Source: Epithemia pelagica
Lineage: Eukaryota; Protista; Bacillariophyta
Length of the DNA stretch: 64,000 bases
Assembly: GCA_946965045.2 (NCBI GenBank)
Contig: CAMPTO020000005.1
Coordinates: 1-64,000, forward strand
Direction of reading: 5' to 3'
Positions within the stretch are counted from its first letter, which is position 1. Each line of letters starts with the position of its first letter. Under the pieces are notes generated by a model. That model saw only the letters and a program-made list of their open reading frames with translations, was not told the DNA's origin and ran no database searches. This document shows positions 12,388 through 24,687 of this stretch, one piece after another. A program made the position numbers and the translations under genes.

Positions 12388-13956
12388 CCATTTGGAGAGG
12401 GAGCCTTTTTTTCGCCCTTGTACCAATTCGCTTTGAGAGCTTTTGCAAACGAATCCGTCGTGAATTCTTGGTACCGAAAACTTGCACGGTCAGTTTTGTG
12501 ACGGCCAAAGGCATTGACCATGTGTTGTGGAACGCCCGCATCTGCCACGTTGAAAATACCAGTACGGCGACCAGTACGAGCGGTTGCACGGTGCCACTCC
12601 GGGTGGCCGCACCTCTTGAAGAGGATCTTCGCATTGTCGTTGGGCCAGTTCTTACCGAGAGCGCCCGAGGGGCGCATGGGAACAGAAGGTGACTTGCCTT
12701 CGGCAAGGGCCTTCTCGTACGTTCGCTTCGCTTCAATCGTGGTGTCGCGGACCATCTTCGTTCCTCCCCACCAATTGTCATTGGGTGACGGACGTTCTTT
12801 TCGTTCCTTTTCCGTTGCGATATTCAAAAAGAGAAGCCCTGTCCAGCCAGGTGGTAGTCCGTTCTGGATCCAGTGGCGGAGAATCTTGTACGTGCACATG
12901 TCATCGTCTGGATCATCAACGATCATGTTCGGCACACGTTCTTCGTCCGATCGCAGAGTCGGGTTTGAAAGCGAAAGCTTCGCCGTCTTCTCGCGCTCAC
13001 ACTCGCGTAGTTTGTATGCCGCGAGACCTGCCACATCGCCATACTCTTGCGGGAGAGCAGTGATGTGGATCACATCAGTGATCAACAACCGGTAAATCTG
13101 GGTGACGTGAGAATCAGAACGCATGTCAGAAACTTGCCAGTCGATCCACCAATCAACATGAATGGTTGAAACTTACCTCCATACCACGAGTTCCCCAACA
13201 GCGAGAGCAAAGGTACACTACCATACGCAGAGAGTCCAACGCAATCTGGAACGGACTCATTGGCGGTTGCGCCTTTGTTCGCGAAACTGGTTTGCACAGT
13301 ACGCTTGGAAAGACCCTTGCATGCTTTGCATGTGAGTCATGCTATACTGGATGCCATGCGAACGGAAGATCGCAAAGATTTGGTCCAAGATTTTTTTCAC
13401 AACGTTTGGTTGGTAAGCTTTTCCCTCCTTGGTCTTCAGATTGGAAACAAAAACAACCAACGCATCATTCAAAACTTGTTCTTTGTCTTCTGTTTTCGAG
13501 CCACGGAGCATGGGAAAGAGCCGAAAGAGTCTCTTCTCTGGGTTGTCGGGGTCGACGACGTATTCAGTGAGCACGTAGAGGGCAGGGTGCTTCGAAAGGA
13601 CTTGGAGGAAGCGCTCGAAGGAACGGGCTTTGTCTTTTTCATAACCCACCGTATTCATTGACAACTGTCGAAGGTTCCTGGTGGCATCCCTAAAGATGGA
13701 CCTCGACAAGGTGCAATACGAGGCCAAGGCGGCAAGATCGTTGGGGGAATCGAGCACTCGGGGCAGGGAATTCGACGACAACTCGGCCAGCGTAATCTTG
13801 TTTGACTGGTGGTCGAAAACCAGGGGGCGGCGTTCACAAGCAGCCTTGGCTGCAACAGCAAAGGAAGGTTCATTGGCAGCTCGTGGAGGCGGAGGAGGAA
13901 GTTCCACGGTGGGATCGACGACAGCACCAGATGGATTGACACTGCCATGAGGCCGC
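12388..13956 (-). CDS. Tyrosine recombinase core exons (frameshift near 13270; intron 13098-13176; further low-complexity exons ~11650-12314 and ~14041-14400)
   Basis: Splicing GTAAGT(13176)...CAG(13098) gives CWGTRGME|IYRLLITDV (box I Arg). Box II reads ATARTGRRTG...AGVPQHMVNAFGRHKTDRASFRYQ (R, H, Y). The upstream KTKEGKAYQPNVV resembles the Crypton N-terminal region. Confidence 0.75.
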
Positions 13957-14864
13957 CTGAATACGAACAATCAACCAGTGAGAAGAAATTGACACAACAA
14001 TGCAGCAACACAAAGCAATGACAACAATGCAACAAACTTACGGTGCGGACGGGTTGGTTGATGAGTCTTCCTGGTTGGTGGAAGAAGGTGGATGCGGGAA
14101 GACAGCAGCCGACAACCTGTCAATGGAATGAGAAAACCAATCAACAGGTTAGACCAATGGTTGCAATCAACAAACGAAGCAACAATCAACGATAGAAACA
14201 ACAAACTTACCGATTTGGAATGGATGGAGGGTCTTGTTCCTCATTGTTGGAAGGATGGGGAGGTGGTTTCTTGTTTGGTTGGATGCAACCAAGTGGCTCT
14301 CCGGTTTTCAAGCACCGACGGAGGTGCTTGGTTCTCTTTATCGGAACAATCCACAGGAGGATCGGAAACGGCGGAAGCGGCCGCTGCAGCGGCTCTTGCA
14401 TGGCGACAAGTCTTCATGGCGGCCTTTCGACTTTTGGATTCCAACGGATTATGAAGAATGAACGAGTAGAAACGAGTGTGAGATTTTGAAATGCTAAGTG
14501 CGACCGGGAAGAATTTGGGAAGAAAAGGAAGACCACCATGGCCAAAATGGCGTTCCATTGCGTGAAACAAGCCAAAATCGCAACAATCAGACGTAAAAAC
14601 TTACCATTTGGAAGGGCGTTTCATGATGCATGGGTCACTGGAGAGACTGTGCTCCTCAGACTCTCCAGTGCACTCAAGGACCCTCGGAACATACTCGTGG
14701 TTCCAGTTCCACATGTTGTCATCCTCAAAGACGAACATCATCGAGGTGTGGAATCCGAAGAGCTGGATGAGTCATCCTCGCTTGTAGTTACTAAGTCTAT
14801 AATATTCATGGCTACAAACAATGGTTTAGATAGGATGGAGCCGTCGAAAGCACAATCTCATCGT

Positions 14865-15394
14865 CTTCCTTCCTTCCTTCCTTCCTTCCTTCCTTCCTTC
14901 CTTCCTTCCTTCCTTCCTTCCTTCCTTCCTTCCTTCCTTCCTTCCTTCCTTCCTTCCTTCCTTCCTTCCTTCCTTCCTTCCTTCCTTCCTTCCTTCCTTC
15001 CTTCCTTCCTTCCTTCCTTCCTTCCTTCCTTCCTTCCTTCCTTCCTTCCTTCCTTCCTTCCTTCCTTCCTTCCTTCCTTCCTTCCTTCCTTCCTTCCTTC
15101 CTTCCTTCCTTCCTTCCTTCCTTCCTTCCTTCCTTCCTTCCTTCCTTCCTTCCTTCCTTCCTTCCTTCCTTCCTTCCTTCCTTCCTTCCTTCCTTCCTTC
15201 CTTCCTTCCTTCCTTCCTTCCTTCCTTCCTTCCTTCCTTCCTTCCTTCCTTCCTTCCTTCCTTCCTTCCTTCCTTCCTTCCTTCCTTCCTTCCTTCCTTC
15301 CTTCCTTCCTTCCTTCCTTCCTTCCTTCCTTCCTTCCTTCCTTCCTTCCTTCCTTCCTTCCTTCCTTCCTTCCTTCCTTCCTTCCTTCCTTCCT
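14865..15394. repeat. (CCTT)n/(GGAA)n microsatellite, ~530 bp, ~130 units
   Basis: Perfect tetranucleotide run read directly. Confidence 0.98.
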
Positions 15395-15593
15395 GGTTTT
15401 CGAGAACGTGAGGGAAGGAACGTCGACGAGATCGGGGGGCCTAAGTAATAGTCACAACGGATGGTTTGAAATTTTGCTACTAGTGCCCCTGTTGTAGGCT
15501 GTCTCAGCGACATTTCGGGCAATGTCTAGTTTGTTAAATAACAACGGGGCGATAGCCACTACCTACATAGCTAGATATATGGAGTAAGCATAT

Positions 15594-15765
15594 TAATTCC
15601 CTTGTGTCTGGCCGTCCTTTCGCGTCGGGCGCCCGGCTTGTCGGGAGAATGCCTCGTCGGGAACACGTCTCGACGTGCATTCGCCCTCCTCGACGTGTTC
15701 CCTCCTCGTCATTCTACCCTTCGCGCCGGGCGACCCTCCTTAAAAGGACTAGACACCGGAAATTA
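15594..15765. mobile_element. MITE-like cassette X (copy 1)
   Basis: Ends taattcccttgtgtc...gacaccggaaatta are inverted. Direct repeat of 15967-16142. Confidence 0.65.
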
Positions 15766-15771
15766 ATATCA

Positions 15772-15961
15772 CTAACTCCATACCAGACTGTGTAGGTAGT
15801 TCGTCTCACATTTTTATACTACAGTAGGAATTTTTTGTACGACCGGGAAGTAGTTTCGTGCGAGTCGCGCGGTTTCCCTCTCGTGTGTGACACTTGTGTG
15901 ACACTTTGTGACATGGCTTCCAGGAATTTCTCACTACCTACACAGCTTGATAGGGAGTAAG
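15772..15961. mobile_element. 190-bp non-autonomous derivative of the Crypton-like element
   Basis: Left IR ctaactccataccagactgtgtaggtagt and right IR actacctacacagcttgatagggagtaag match the ends of 11195..15588. Confidence 0.75.
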
Positions 15962-15966
15962 TTTAC

Positions 15967-16142
15967 TACTTCCCTGTGTCTGGCCGTCCTCTCGCGTCGG
16001 GCGCGCCCGGCTTGTCGGGAGAATGCCTCGTCGGGAACAATTGTCTTGTCGGGCGTGCGCCCTCCTCGATCATTGCCCTCCTCGTCATGCTACCCTCCGC
16101 GCCGGGCGGTCCCTCCTTGAAAGGACTCAACACCGGGAAGTA
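15967..16142. mobile_element. MITE-like cassette X (copy 2)
   Basis: tacttccctgtgt...acaccgggaagta inverted ends. Similar throughout to 15594-15765. Confidence 0.65.
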
Positions 16143-16279
16143 TTAATACTATTTCGTCAAGTCAGTCGTGCTTCCAGTCCGCACCCATCAGAGCAGCAGC
16201 AAGGAGCAGCAAACCCAAGAACCTCTCACAATACAGTGTGTCTTGATTCTCATAAATTCTGCAGTCAACGTTCGGAACC

Positions 16280-17329
16280 ATGACAATGAAGCTACAAAAA
16301 CAAGCATGGCAGTCGGGGCTTGTCCTTTTGGACGAGAAAGCAGAATGGAATGAAAACGATTGGCCTCCTCTTGTGGGTGGATGGCGTTCGCTTCATGCTA
16401 CTGTCGTACTCGATCATACCGTCGTCGTGTTGGGTGGATATACAGATTTGCAAGGCAATGTTAATTCCGTTCTTATATTGAATTTAGCAGACAAACCAGA
16501 CAAGAGGTGGCGAGAAGGGCCATCCATGAACAAGAAACGTTCTGGACATGCCGCTGTTGTGTGCAATGGCAGCGTCTACGTGATGGGAGGAGACAGAAAT
16601 GGACCTTCAAGCTTGGATTGTATGGAACAGATTGGCGCCAACGATTTGGTCCAACCATTGTTGACATCAACCAGCACGCATGAGCGTCATTGGACGACAT
16701 TGAAATGCCGATTATCAATGGGACGATATGGGTGTTGTGCCGTTACGGTGAAGAATCGATACATTGTTGTACTGGGGGGATGGGATGGAGGGCACAGGTT
16801 GTCGTCGGTGGATATCATTGATACCAGCAATCACACTGTCATAGCAGGACCAAGTATGAACGTTCCACGTATATGGTGTGCCAGTGCGGTCGTTGGCCAC
16901 CGCATCTTTGTCGTTGGAGGCTCGACAGTAGAGTATTTGGACTTTGGAAAGCCTAGTGACAATGCGGAGAGAAACGACACTCTGTCTACATTCATTTCCT
17001 CCTTGTCTGGTTGGACGACTCACTCTGATCTGGTACTTTCCAACCCACGATATTCTTGTGCAGTGGTTGCTGTTGGATCTTGTCTGGTGGTGGCGGGAGA
17101 CCATCGAACCGTGGAAGTCTTGGATACGCGTCACAACCGAATGTGGAATCTCCCACCATTCCGTAATGGCCATCATAACTGCAGTATGGTGACGGTTGCC
17201 AATCAAGTTGCCGTCATTGGTCGATGGCGTAATCCATCCTGTGCAACATTACCACTCATGGACAAGAATACGTGGTGCTTTCGTCGACTCTGTGAGCAGC
17301 CTCTGATTGACTCTGTGGGCAGCCTCTGA
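16280..17329 (+). CDS. Kelch-repeat beta-propeller protein, paralogue 1 (349 aa)
   Basis: Repeated vvlGG...v...W...psM..kR.ghaavv motifs. Intronless ORF. Confidence 0.9.
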   Translation: MTMKLQKQAWQSGLVLLDEKAEWNENDWPPLVGGWRSLHATVVLDHTVVVLGGYTDLQGNVNSVLILNLADKPDKRWREGPSMNKKRSGHAAVVCNGSVYVMGGDRNGPSSLDCMEQIGANDLVQPLLTSTSTHERHWTTLKCRLSMGRYGCCAVTVKNRYIVVLGGWDGGHRLSSVDIIDTSNHTVIAGPSMNVPRIWCASAVVGHRIFVVGGSTVEYLDFGKPSDNAERNDTLSTFISSLSGWTTHSDLVLSNPRYSCAVVAVGSCLVVAGDHRTVEVLDTRHNRMWNLPPFRNGHHNCSMVTVANQVAVIGRWRNPSCATLPLMDKNTWCFRRLCEQPLIDSVGSL

Positions 17330-19077
17330 TTGAATGGTATCATGGTCTGGAAAGATCGGGCAAGGAAGATGTCAATGATACATCCTGCACCATCTCGTAT
17401 TCGACTCTTAAACGATTGAGGACCTTTGATTACTGTGATTGTGACAAAGGGGAAGATGGCAGTTGAAGTATACAACAGGTTACACATCCAAGAGCCCGGA
17501 AACGGTCGTTATTCTCTCATACAAAACAGGAGATCTTGGCAGTTCTTAATTGCGTTGTGAATTATATAGGTTAAGGGATTAGAGAGCAACTCCTAGCATG
17601 TTTGAAGCACCACCTTATAGCATATGACCGCACGGGAATTTCTTTCTGATGCGATGGCGTTTGTGACAGTCGAACCCATCCGCCATGGTCAGCTATATCC
17701 TTGTGGCAAAAATTTTAGATGTTACAGCGTCTGCTTTTCTTTGAGAAGTACCTAGCGGATGTCTGGCAACTACTCTTGGGTGGATGGCCATGGTACCGCT
17801 CCTCTCTTTGGTGTTGAATACTCTCTGGTCTTGAATAGAATGAATCATCTTTCGATTAAAGACGACGGTCTTTGATGGTCTCGTTGCATCTTTTGGACGT
17901 GGAAAGAGCAGCCTGAATTGTGTCCCTCTACAAGTGGCACACAAGGAACCAGTAACGCCGTGGTCCTGACCTGAAAGGTGTGGGACAGCGCCACTATACT
18001 GTGGTCATTAGTTAAGCCGGTGCTATCTGGTGACAGCAAGGAGCTTTGCACGAGAAAAAAGTCGTCATCACAGTGGACATGGATTGGAAGCTGTGACAGC
18101 AACGACAGGATCTGACAGCACCACAGTTTGTTGTCAGTTTTGCGATCGGAGCAGTGTAACCAATTCTCCTCTGATTCTTGATGTGGCACTTGTTGCGATC
18201 GTCATGAAGGGCTCATCCTGTCTTGTTTCTTGCTTTGTGATACTGTTGCCACGACACGTTTTGCTGATGTGGTGTGTTTGTGTTTTGTTCACTGTTGTTG
18301 TTTCGTCCAGAGCCCCAGCGACAATGAATGTCGCTTATTCTTGGCAGATACATGATCACTTCTCTGTATCTCTTTCTGCTTGTGAAATAGCTGATAGCAA
18401 AAGGGATATCACCCGACCAGACTATGGAGCAAAATGCATCCGATCCATCCAGCGTTCTTTTGTCCCGCTTTTCATCGACAAAAGAGAACTTCGAAATAGT
18501 AGAGCCATTCCGGTGCCATATTCCAGTATAAAAGTTTTCCAAAAGTCATTTTTCCAGCACTTGAGCGGTTTCCACCGAGTACCAGTCATATGGCAACTTC
18601 ACCAACATTCTATACCAGCTCGTCCACTCCAAGAATGACTGATTGTCATATTTTTCGTCTCCAACGTGAATTTCCTATCCAGAGGGTAGAAGATGCTCCG
18701 AGCCATCGGTGGGTTTTGTGCTTCCTGAGGACTTCATTTTGTTGGCTAGATAACGTTCTTATCAACTCGAGAGGTAATTGAGAGCAGGATAATCCACCAA
18801 AGCAAGTAACAGGAAAATTCCCCTCTCGCTTCGCAAAGGCCGGAAAAATATCTGTGCGTCTTTGCTGCAGATGGGCACATTTCTACTCCACGACTGCAGG
18901 CGGCTTTTTCACGCCATTTTTGTTCCGCCAACACAAAACCAAACCTTCTTCTGCACGATTGACAGATGATCCGTAGAGATGATCCATTGCACCCACCGTT
19001 AGCTTCTCTTGGTTGACTGTCTGGATGGAACAGAGACGCGAAAGATACACGCAAGATATTACGCAAGATTTGGGTGC

Positions 19078-19346
19078 GATTGGGGGGGTACCTTTGTTCG
19101 TCCGTCATCCGAATGGAAAAAATTGTCTCGTATTTTTTATTTTCTCCCAAAGCGCCAGCCAGGTGATATCGCCAGCCTCCCTTCGATCGTTCGAAATCGA
19201 CGCGCCGGTCACGCCTTGTATTGCTGGCACATGGGCCAAGGATCGTCTCACTTTTCGAAAGACGACCATGAGCACTGACACCAAAAACCAAAAGAAAACC
19301 ACCCAGATAACCGTATGGACAGCAGACGGGAGGTACCCCCGCAATC
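19078..19346. mobile_element. Possible ~270-bp MITE
   Basis: gattgggggggtacc (19078-19092) and ggtacccccgcaatc (19332-19346) form a 15-bp IR with one mismatch. The segment is absent from the homologous 24520-24560 region. No clean TSD. Confidence 0.4.
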
Positions 19347-20189
19347 GGAGGGATATAGCACGAAGATATTAGGATTTGGGGGTGAACGCAAGAAAGGGTG
19401 GGGGAGCGTCTCTTCTACGCCGCCCCCCGATCTATTGTCTGTCCTCCGTACGTGATGGACGTCCTTTCATCTCTGCTGGTCGACCGTTTGCATGCATCAT
19501 ACAGCAAGCCATGTCAATGTCAGAAGCATGGAACAGACCTGTTATGGATTATGGATGGTGCTATACAAATTGAAAGTCACTGGGCATCATGAATCACGAC
19601 GCGCAGTCGCAGGGGTGGACCAGTCACTCGACGGTGAACACGACGACGACGAGAGACCCGCACAAATTTCCAATTCACCGGTAGTCAGTCGCCCACAATG
19701 AGACGACGTGCCAGGTGCCAGCGGTTCATTCACCGAGAACCCCCATAAAATTCTTTCGTTCTCGTTATGGCAAGCAACCAAGTTGCATTCAAGGGCTTTC
19801 TGATATCAGGGTTACACAAACTTCATGATCGCAACCAATCAAGTTGCGTTCAAGGGCTTTCTGATATCCTTGTTTTTGCTGTGCAATGGGGGAGTGTCCC
19901 CAATCATCGAGGCACAGTGTCCTTCTGAAGGGTACGACTATGCGACTGGAGCTCTGCGTTCTGTAATTTTTGACATGTCCACAGGCAACGACACTGCATT
20001 CTTGGCGGAAGACGTCCAAGTCCGCCTACCGTACAACATTGACAATGTTCAGCCATCCACCAGAACTCAAATTCACACGGACACCAAGTCCTTTTCAAAC
20101 ATTGTCAAGCTATCTGAGAGCTATTCGGTCGACTCTCAGACACAGTGGTCATCATCTGGTGGGTATGCAGACATTCTACAAGGTCTAGC

Positions 20190-20687
20190 TGGGGAGCGTT
20201 GCCTGCAGAAAGGGTTTCACTCCTCTTGGCATTGGTGAATGAGGAACGGAGAGCAGAGGAGCTGCTGTTCATTCAACACAAGCGGGGTTTTGGAATAATA
20301 CGTCCAAGACTTGGAGCAGATTATCAAGGCCGACAGAGGCCCGAACACCTGGCAGATTATTGTCAGACAATCGCTTTCTCCTGTTTCTCCTCTGATAGTG
20401 CACATCAGGCAAAAATCCGGATCCGACAAAGGTCGTTCCCGGTCCTGCTTCCAAACAGTAAGATTCCAATGTGTACATGACAGGAAGAGCTCCCACGAAT
20501 TATTGACAACAAAGTGAAGCTCAGCAAAGTCATTCAAGGTCGCGTAGTCAAGGGCGTGTAGTTCGAAGAAGCGGCGGAACAACATCATCGCTACAGTTAC
20601 CAAATAGGCGAGAGCAGAGGCAAGCGACTCCAAATACCAGGGACGGGCATCATGATTTCCAACGTGGAGATCAGCGTCGCTACACAT
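20190..20687 (-). pseudogene. Degenerate RING-HC-like gene fragment
   Basis: IICSKSW..YSKTPLVLN...LLCSP.L...*NPFCRQ resembles a decayed C3HC4 ring ending CPFCR, with an in-frame stop. Confidence 0.35.
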
Positions 20688-22135
20688 CTACACATTGAAT
20701 GGCCAAGTGCTTGGCCGTGGTCATAAAGGGAAGCTACATGTTGGTCAATTTGCTCTCGTTGAAGTCAAAAGTTGTCGTCTCGTCGTTTTTTTGTACATGG
20801 GTGGGCAATAACACACAGCAAAAGAGAACGAGGCAGAAACCTCTGCTTTCCACCCCTCGACGGCGGACGTGTGAGTCGGTACAATCTATACTGCACAGAA
20901 AAAGGATGTCGAACGAGTTCGTAACCTGTGCTGTAACAGTATCTTTGTTGGCGCGAGTTCTTTCGATCGACCTCCACATGGCACCAAAAGAAAGTGCGGT
21001 ATCGAGAATCGTGATGACCATACACATACACCAAATCCGACAGCCGACACACATAAAGAAATGAGAACAAGAAAAAGAGACGCAGAATAGAAGAAGAAGC
21101 AGAGGTCGTCTAGGCTGGACGGAAGACTTTTGAGGACTTTTCACACTATGGACGACGAAGTACTACCGACACGTGTGTTGGTGCTCCTCCTCCGCAAATC
21201 CCAACACCAACTCAAGTATAGAATACCATTCCAACAGCAATGGCATTCGTTCGCTCCGATACAGGGCAAGAAATGCAGCACAAGAAGGTGCAAGTGCAAT
21301 TGACGGTGCACCACCAATGGCTCGTCGTGGAGGCTATACTGCTATCCAAACCAAGCACAGCGACAAGGTAAAACATAGTGGCCAATCACGAAACTCCTTG
21401 TCATGAAATGTTCATCCATTGCAGGCAGCACATGCATGGGTCCTTGAGGACAAACCTCCCACTGCACTGCGAGTTGCGCAACACTACCCATGCCATGGCC
21501 AGTGCATTGTGTTCGTCGTGTTGAAGCAACAAGAGAAAGTGTCTGCTTACCCTCCGCGAGCTGATTCTTCACCCACTACTCGGTATTTGTCAGCAAGTAC
21601 CAAGACTGTGGAACCTGTGCTGTTATATGCCAATGCCAAGCCGATCATGACGGCAATGCTCTTCACCGCCCAACTACAACGAGACTGACACAAATGGCAA
21701 CAACAACCGGAACCTTCATTGCTGTTACGAGCATTCTCCTTTCATGCATCAAGGCGAGCAACGTGGTGGTCCCTTTTGACACCCTTCTTGCAATACAACA
21801 GCGACTCTTCTTGTCTCTCGAAAGTTTTGAAACGAATCGCACCAATCCTGTCATGTCATTATGTTGTATGTCGAGGTGTTTTCGGTATCCAAAAACTTCC
21901 ACGTTATTCCGAATCAATACACTATACCTATTAGGATGCGAAGTCTCTTTCAGTGTGTGACTACGGTCGCGCGACGAAAGCTACCCATCGCTCGTGTGTT
22001 TCGATCCATCACATTTCGTCAAGTGAGTCGTGATTTCAGTCCGCACCCATCAGAGCAGCAGCAAACCCAAGAATCTCTCACAATTCAGTGTCTCGATCCG
22101 CATAAATTCAGCAGTCACCGTTTGGAGTCATCACC

Positions 22136-23287
22136 ATGACACTGAAAGAACAAGCCGGGCAATCGGGCCTTGCCCTTTTGGAAAAGAGAGAAGAATGGAA
22201 TGAAACCGACTGGCCTCCTCTTGAGGGTGGGTGGCGTTGCGGTCATGCTACGGTCGTACTTGATCATACCGATAAGAACTACAATCACAAACACAAGGGA
22301 CAAACGGTTGTTGTAATGGGAGGTTTTCAACAACGCCGAGGCTATGTCAACTCTGTTCTTGTATTGAATCTGGCAGACCCGAACAAGCAGTGGCGAGAAG
22401 GGCCGACCATGAATAAGAACCGTGCGGCAAATGCCGGTGTTGTATGCAACGGAGGCATTTACGTGGTGGGAGGAGTTTATACCTTTTCGTTCTTGGATTG
22501 TGTGGAACGAATTGATACTAATGATGTTGTGCAATCTTCGTTAACAAACAGCACCGCACATGAGAGTCAGTGGACGACATTGACATGTCGCTTATCAACG
22601 CGACGATATGGATGTTGTGCTGTTGTGGTTCACAATCGGTATATCGTGGTAATGGGCGGATGGAACTCACAACGCTTGTCCGCGGTGGATATCATTGACA
22701 CCAGCAACCACACTATCATTGCGGGGCCAAATATGAACGTCCCTCGATCACATTGTTCCAGTGTGGTTGTCGGCCACCGCATCTTTATCGTTGGAGGCTC
22801 CACAGCAAACACTTCGGTAGAGTATTTAGACTTTGGAACGCCTAGTGACAATAAGGAGAGGAACGGCACTCTGTCTACATTCATTTCTTCCTTGTCGGGC
22901 TGGATAACTCATTCCGATCTGGCACTTTCCGATCCACGAGAGATTTGTGGAGTGGTTACCGTCGGATCCTGTCTGGTGGTGGCGGGGGGAAGCCGTCAAA
23001 ACGTGGAAGTCTTGGACACGCACCGCAACCGCGTGTGGGACCTCCCACCATTGCAAGGCAAACGTATGAAATGCTTTAATATAGTGACTGTTGCCAATCA
23101 AGTTGCTGTGATTGGGGGATGGCACAATCCATCCTGTGCGACACTTGAAATCATGGACAAGAATACATGGTGTTTTCAGCGACTCTGCGAGCAGCATCCA
23201 TACGGATGCCATTATTCTCTGGAAGGAATGGGCACCCGAGATGCTGATTCGAATTTCCTCTCCTCCTCGGTATTAAAATCTGAATGA
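22136..23287 (+). CDS. Kelch-repeat protein, paralogue 2 (383 aa)
   Basis: Same Kelch motifs. Insertion TDKNYNHKHKGQ in the first blade. Confidence 0.9.
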   Translation: MTLKEQAGQSGLALLEKREEWNETDWPPLEGGWRCGHATVVLDHTDKNYNHKHKGQTVVVMGGFQQRRGYVNSVLVLNLADPNKQWREGPTMNKNRAANAGVVCNGGIYVVGGVYTFSFLDCVERIDTNDVVQSSLTNSTAHESQWTTLTCRLSTRRYGCCAVVVHNRYIVVMGGWNSQRLSAVDIIDTSNHTIIAGPNMNVPRSHCSSVVVGHRIFIVGGSTANTSVEYLDFGTPSDNKERNGTLSTFISSLSGWITHSDLALSDPREICGVVTVGSCLVVAGGSRQNVEVLDTHRNRVWDLPPLQGKRMKCFNIVTVANQVAVIGGWHNPSCATLEIMDKNTWCFQRLCEQHPYGCHYSLEGMGTRDADSNFLSSSVLKSE

Positions 23288-23606
23288 AGCACGACCAATA
23301 CGCGCGGTGGTGATAAAGGAAAGGATAGTCTGGCAATATTGAATGTCCTACAATGTCGAACCTATAGCATAGTCAATTTTTTTCTCAAACACTTGCTTTA
23401 TTATGATATTGTGAAGTATTGAGATATCATGTGAAACTGAGCAATCAACAATGAAATCATGTTTTACGGCGTACGGCATTTTGCGGAGTGGTAGAGCTGC
23501 CCATAAAGGGTGGAACATTCATGTCTGGCAATAACCCGCTTGTGTAGATGCCCGCTCTCTGTGATATGGAATACTCTCTGGACTTGAATCGAAGGAATTC
23601 GCATTC

Positions 23607-23688
23607 TATGCAGGGTGACGCATAAGGAACGACCCGAATTGTCTGTATATGCAAGGTGACACGTAAGGAACGACCCGAACTGTCCGTA
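23607..23688. repeat. Two 41-bp tandem copies
   Basis: tatgcagggtgacgcataaggaacgacccgaattgtctgta followed by tatgcaaggtgacacgtaaggaacgacccgaactgtccgta. Confidence 0.85.
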
Positions 23689-24687
23689 TAGAAGTCGCAC
23701 GCTGGGTCCACGACCAAGCAGTGTGGTAGGACCGACAGTCAGTGGTACATTCCAAAGAGGAAGAGTCTCGTCCAGTCGTCACAGTGGAGGGCAATCCAGT
23801 GTTGCCGTCCATTTATCGTCATCTTGGCCATACAATTTCAGCAGTGCAATGACGAATGTTGTGATTGTCATGGGGGTTTTGCTTCTGGGCTTGTGATGTT
23901 GTTGCTTGCTATGACACTTTTGCTGTGGACCACGACCAATGACAAATGAGCTGTTACCGTCCACATCCAATACTTGAAGAGCGCCGAGAGAGACTTTCCA
24001 CCGTGGTCGTCAGTGGCAGTGATAGAATTCTTGTGTGGCTTGAGAAAAGAAGCACCTGGTTGTTGTTGCCTTTTTCGTATGGGAGGGTGAAGATGTCTCC
24101 AGAATGGCGGCTGTGGGTGGAAGAGTCTCGTGGTATCCTCCACCCTATTATTGGCATGACTGAGATGTCGTCCGTGAAGGAATGTGACGCGAGGCCCAAA
24201 GTGGCTCGGAGCTGAAAAGGATTGAACGACTGTGCCGCCAGTCTGGTACTGGGATTCTAAGGATGAAATTCAATGGACGTGGTTGTCCTGATCGACCATG
24301 CTTGATTTCGCTTTTCGTTCGCTGGAATGTGTTTTGTGGCAGTGTCATTGTGCTTGGTGACAGCAGGCGAAGAGGACGGATCATCACCACTGCACTTGTG
24401 TTGATGATTGATTAAGATACGGTGGCTTTTTCACGCCATTCTGGTTCCTCCAACGCAAAACCAAACGTTCTTCTCCACCATTGACAGATGATCCGTCGAG
24501 ATGATCAATTTGCACGGTTGCAAAAGATACAAGAAGCACAAAATTATTGGGATTTGGGGGTTAACTATAAAAAAGGGCATGTTCGCCCCCCCCCAGCGCT
24601 CTTTCGCGCGATCAATGATCGACCGTCCGTCCTCCGTACGTAATGGACGTCTTCCATGTGGATATATAACTCGAGTTCACCATGGCC

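Larger units (their letters stand above)
11195..15588 (-). mobile_element. Crypton-like tyrosine-recombinase DNA transposon with ~30-bp imperfect terminal inverted repeats
   Basis: Left IR ctaacttcatatcagactatgtaggtagt (11195-11223) and right IR actacctacatagctagatatatggagtaag (15558-15588) enclose a multi-exon YR gene. Confidence 0.75.

Noticed and set aside
14538-15522. LPSF-repeat and RKEG-repeat ORFs
   Set aside because: Translations of the (CCTT)n microsatellite.
17490-19000. Minus-strand ORF fragments repeated near 23450-24500 and 27230-28550
   Set aside because: Clearly duplicated with the Kelch units but broken by stops and indels; no product could be assigned.
19773-20238. Secreted protein ORF 19825..20238 with a 29-bp direct repeat (19779, 19840)
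   Set aside because: No recognisable domain, lies in decayed duplicated DNA and overlaps a minus-strand remnant; not supportable as a gene.
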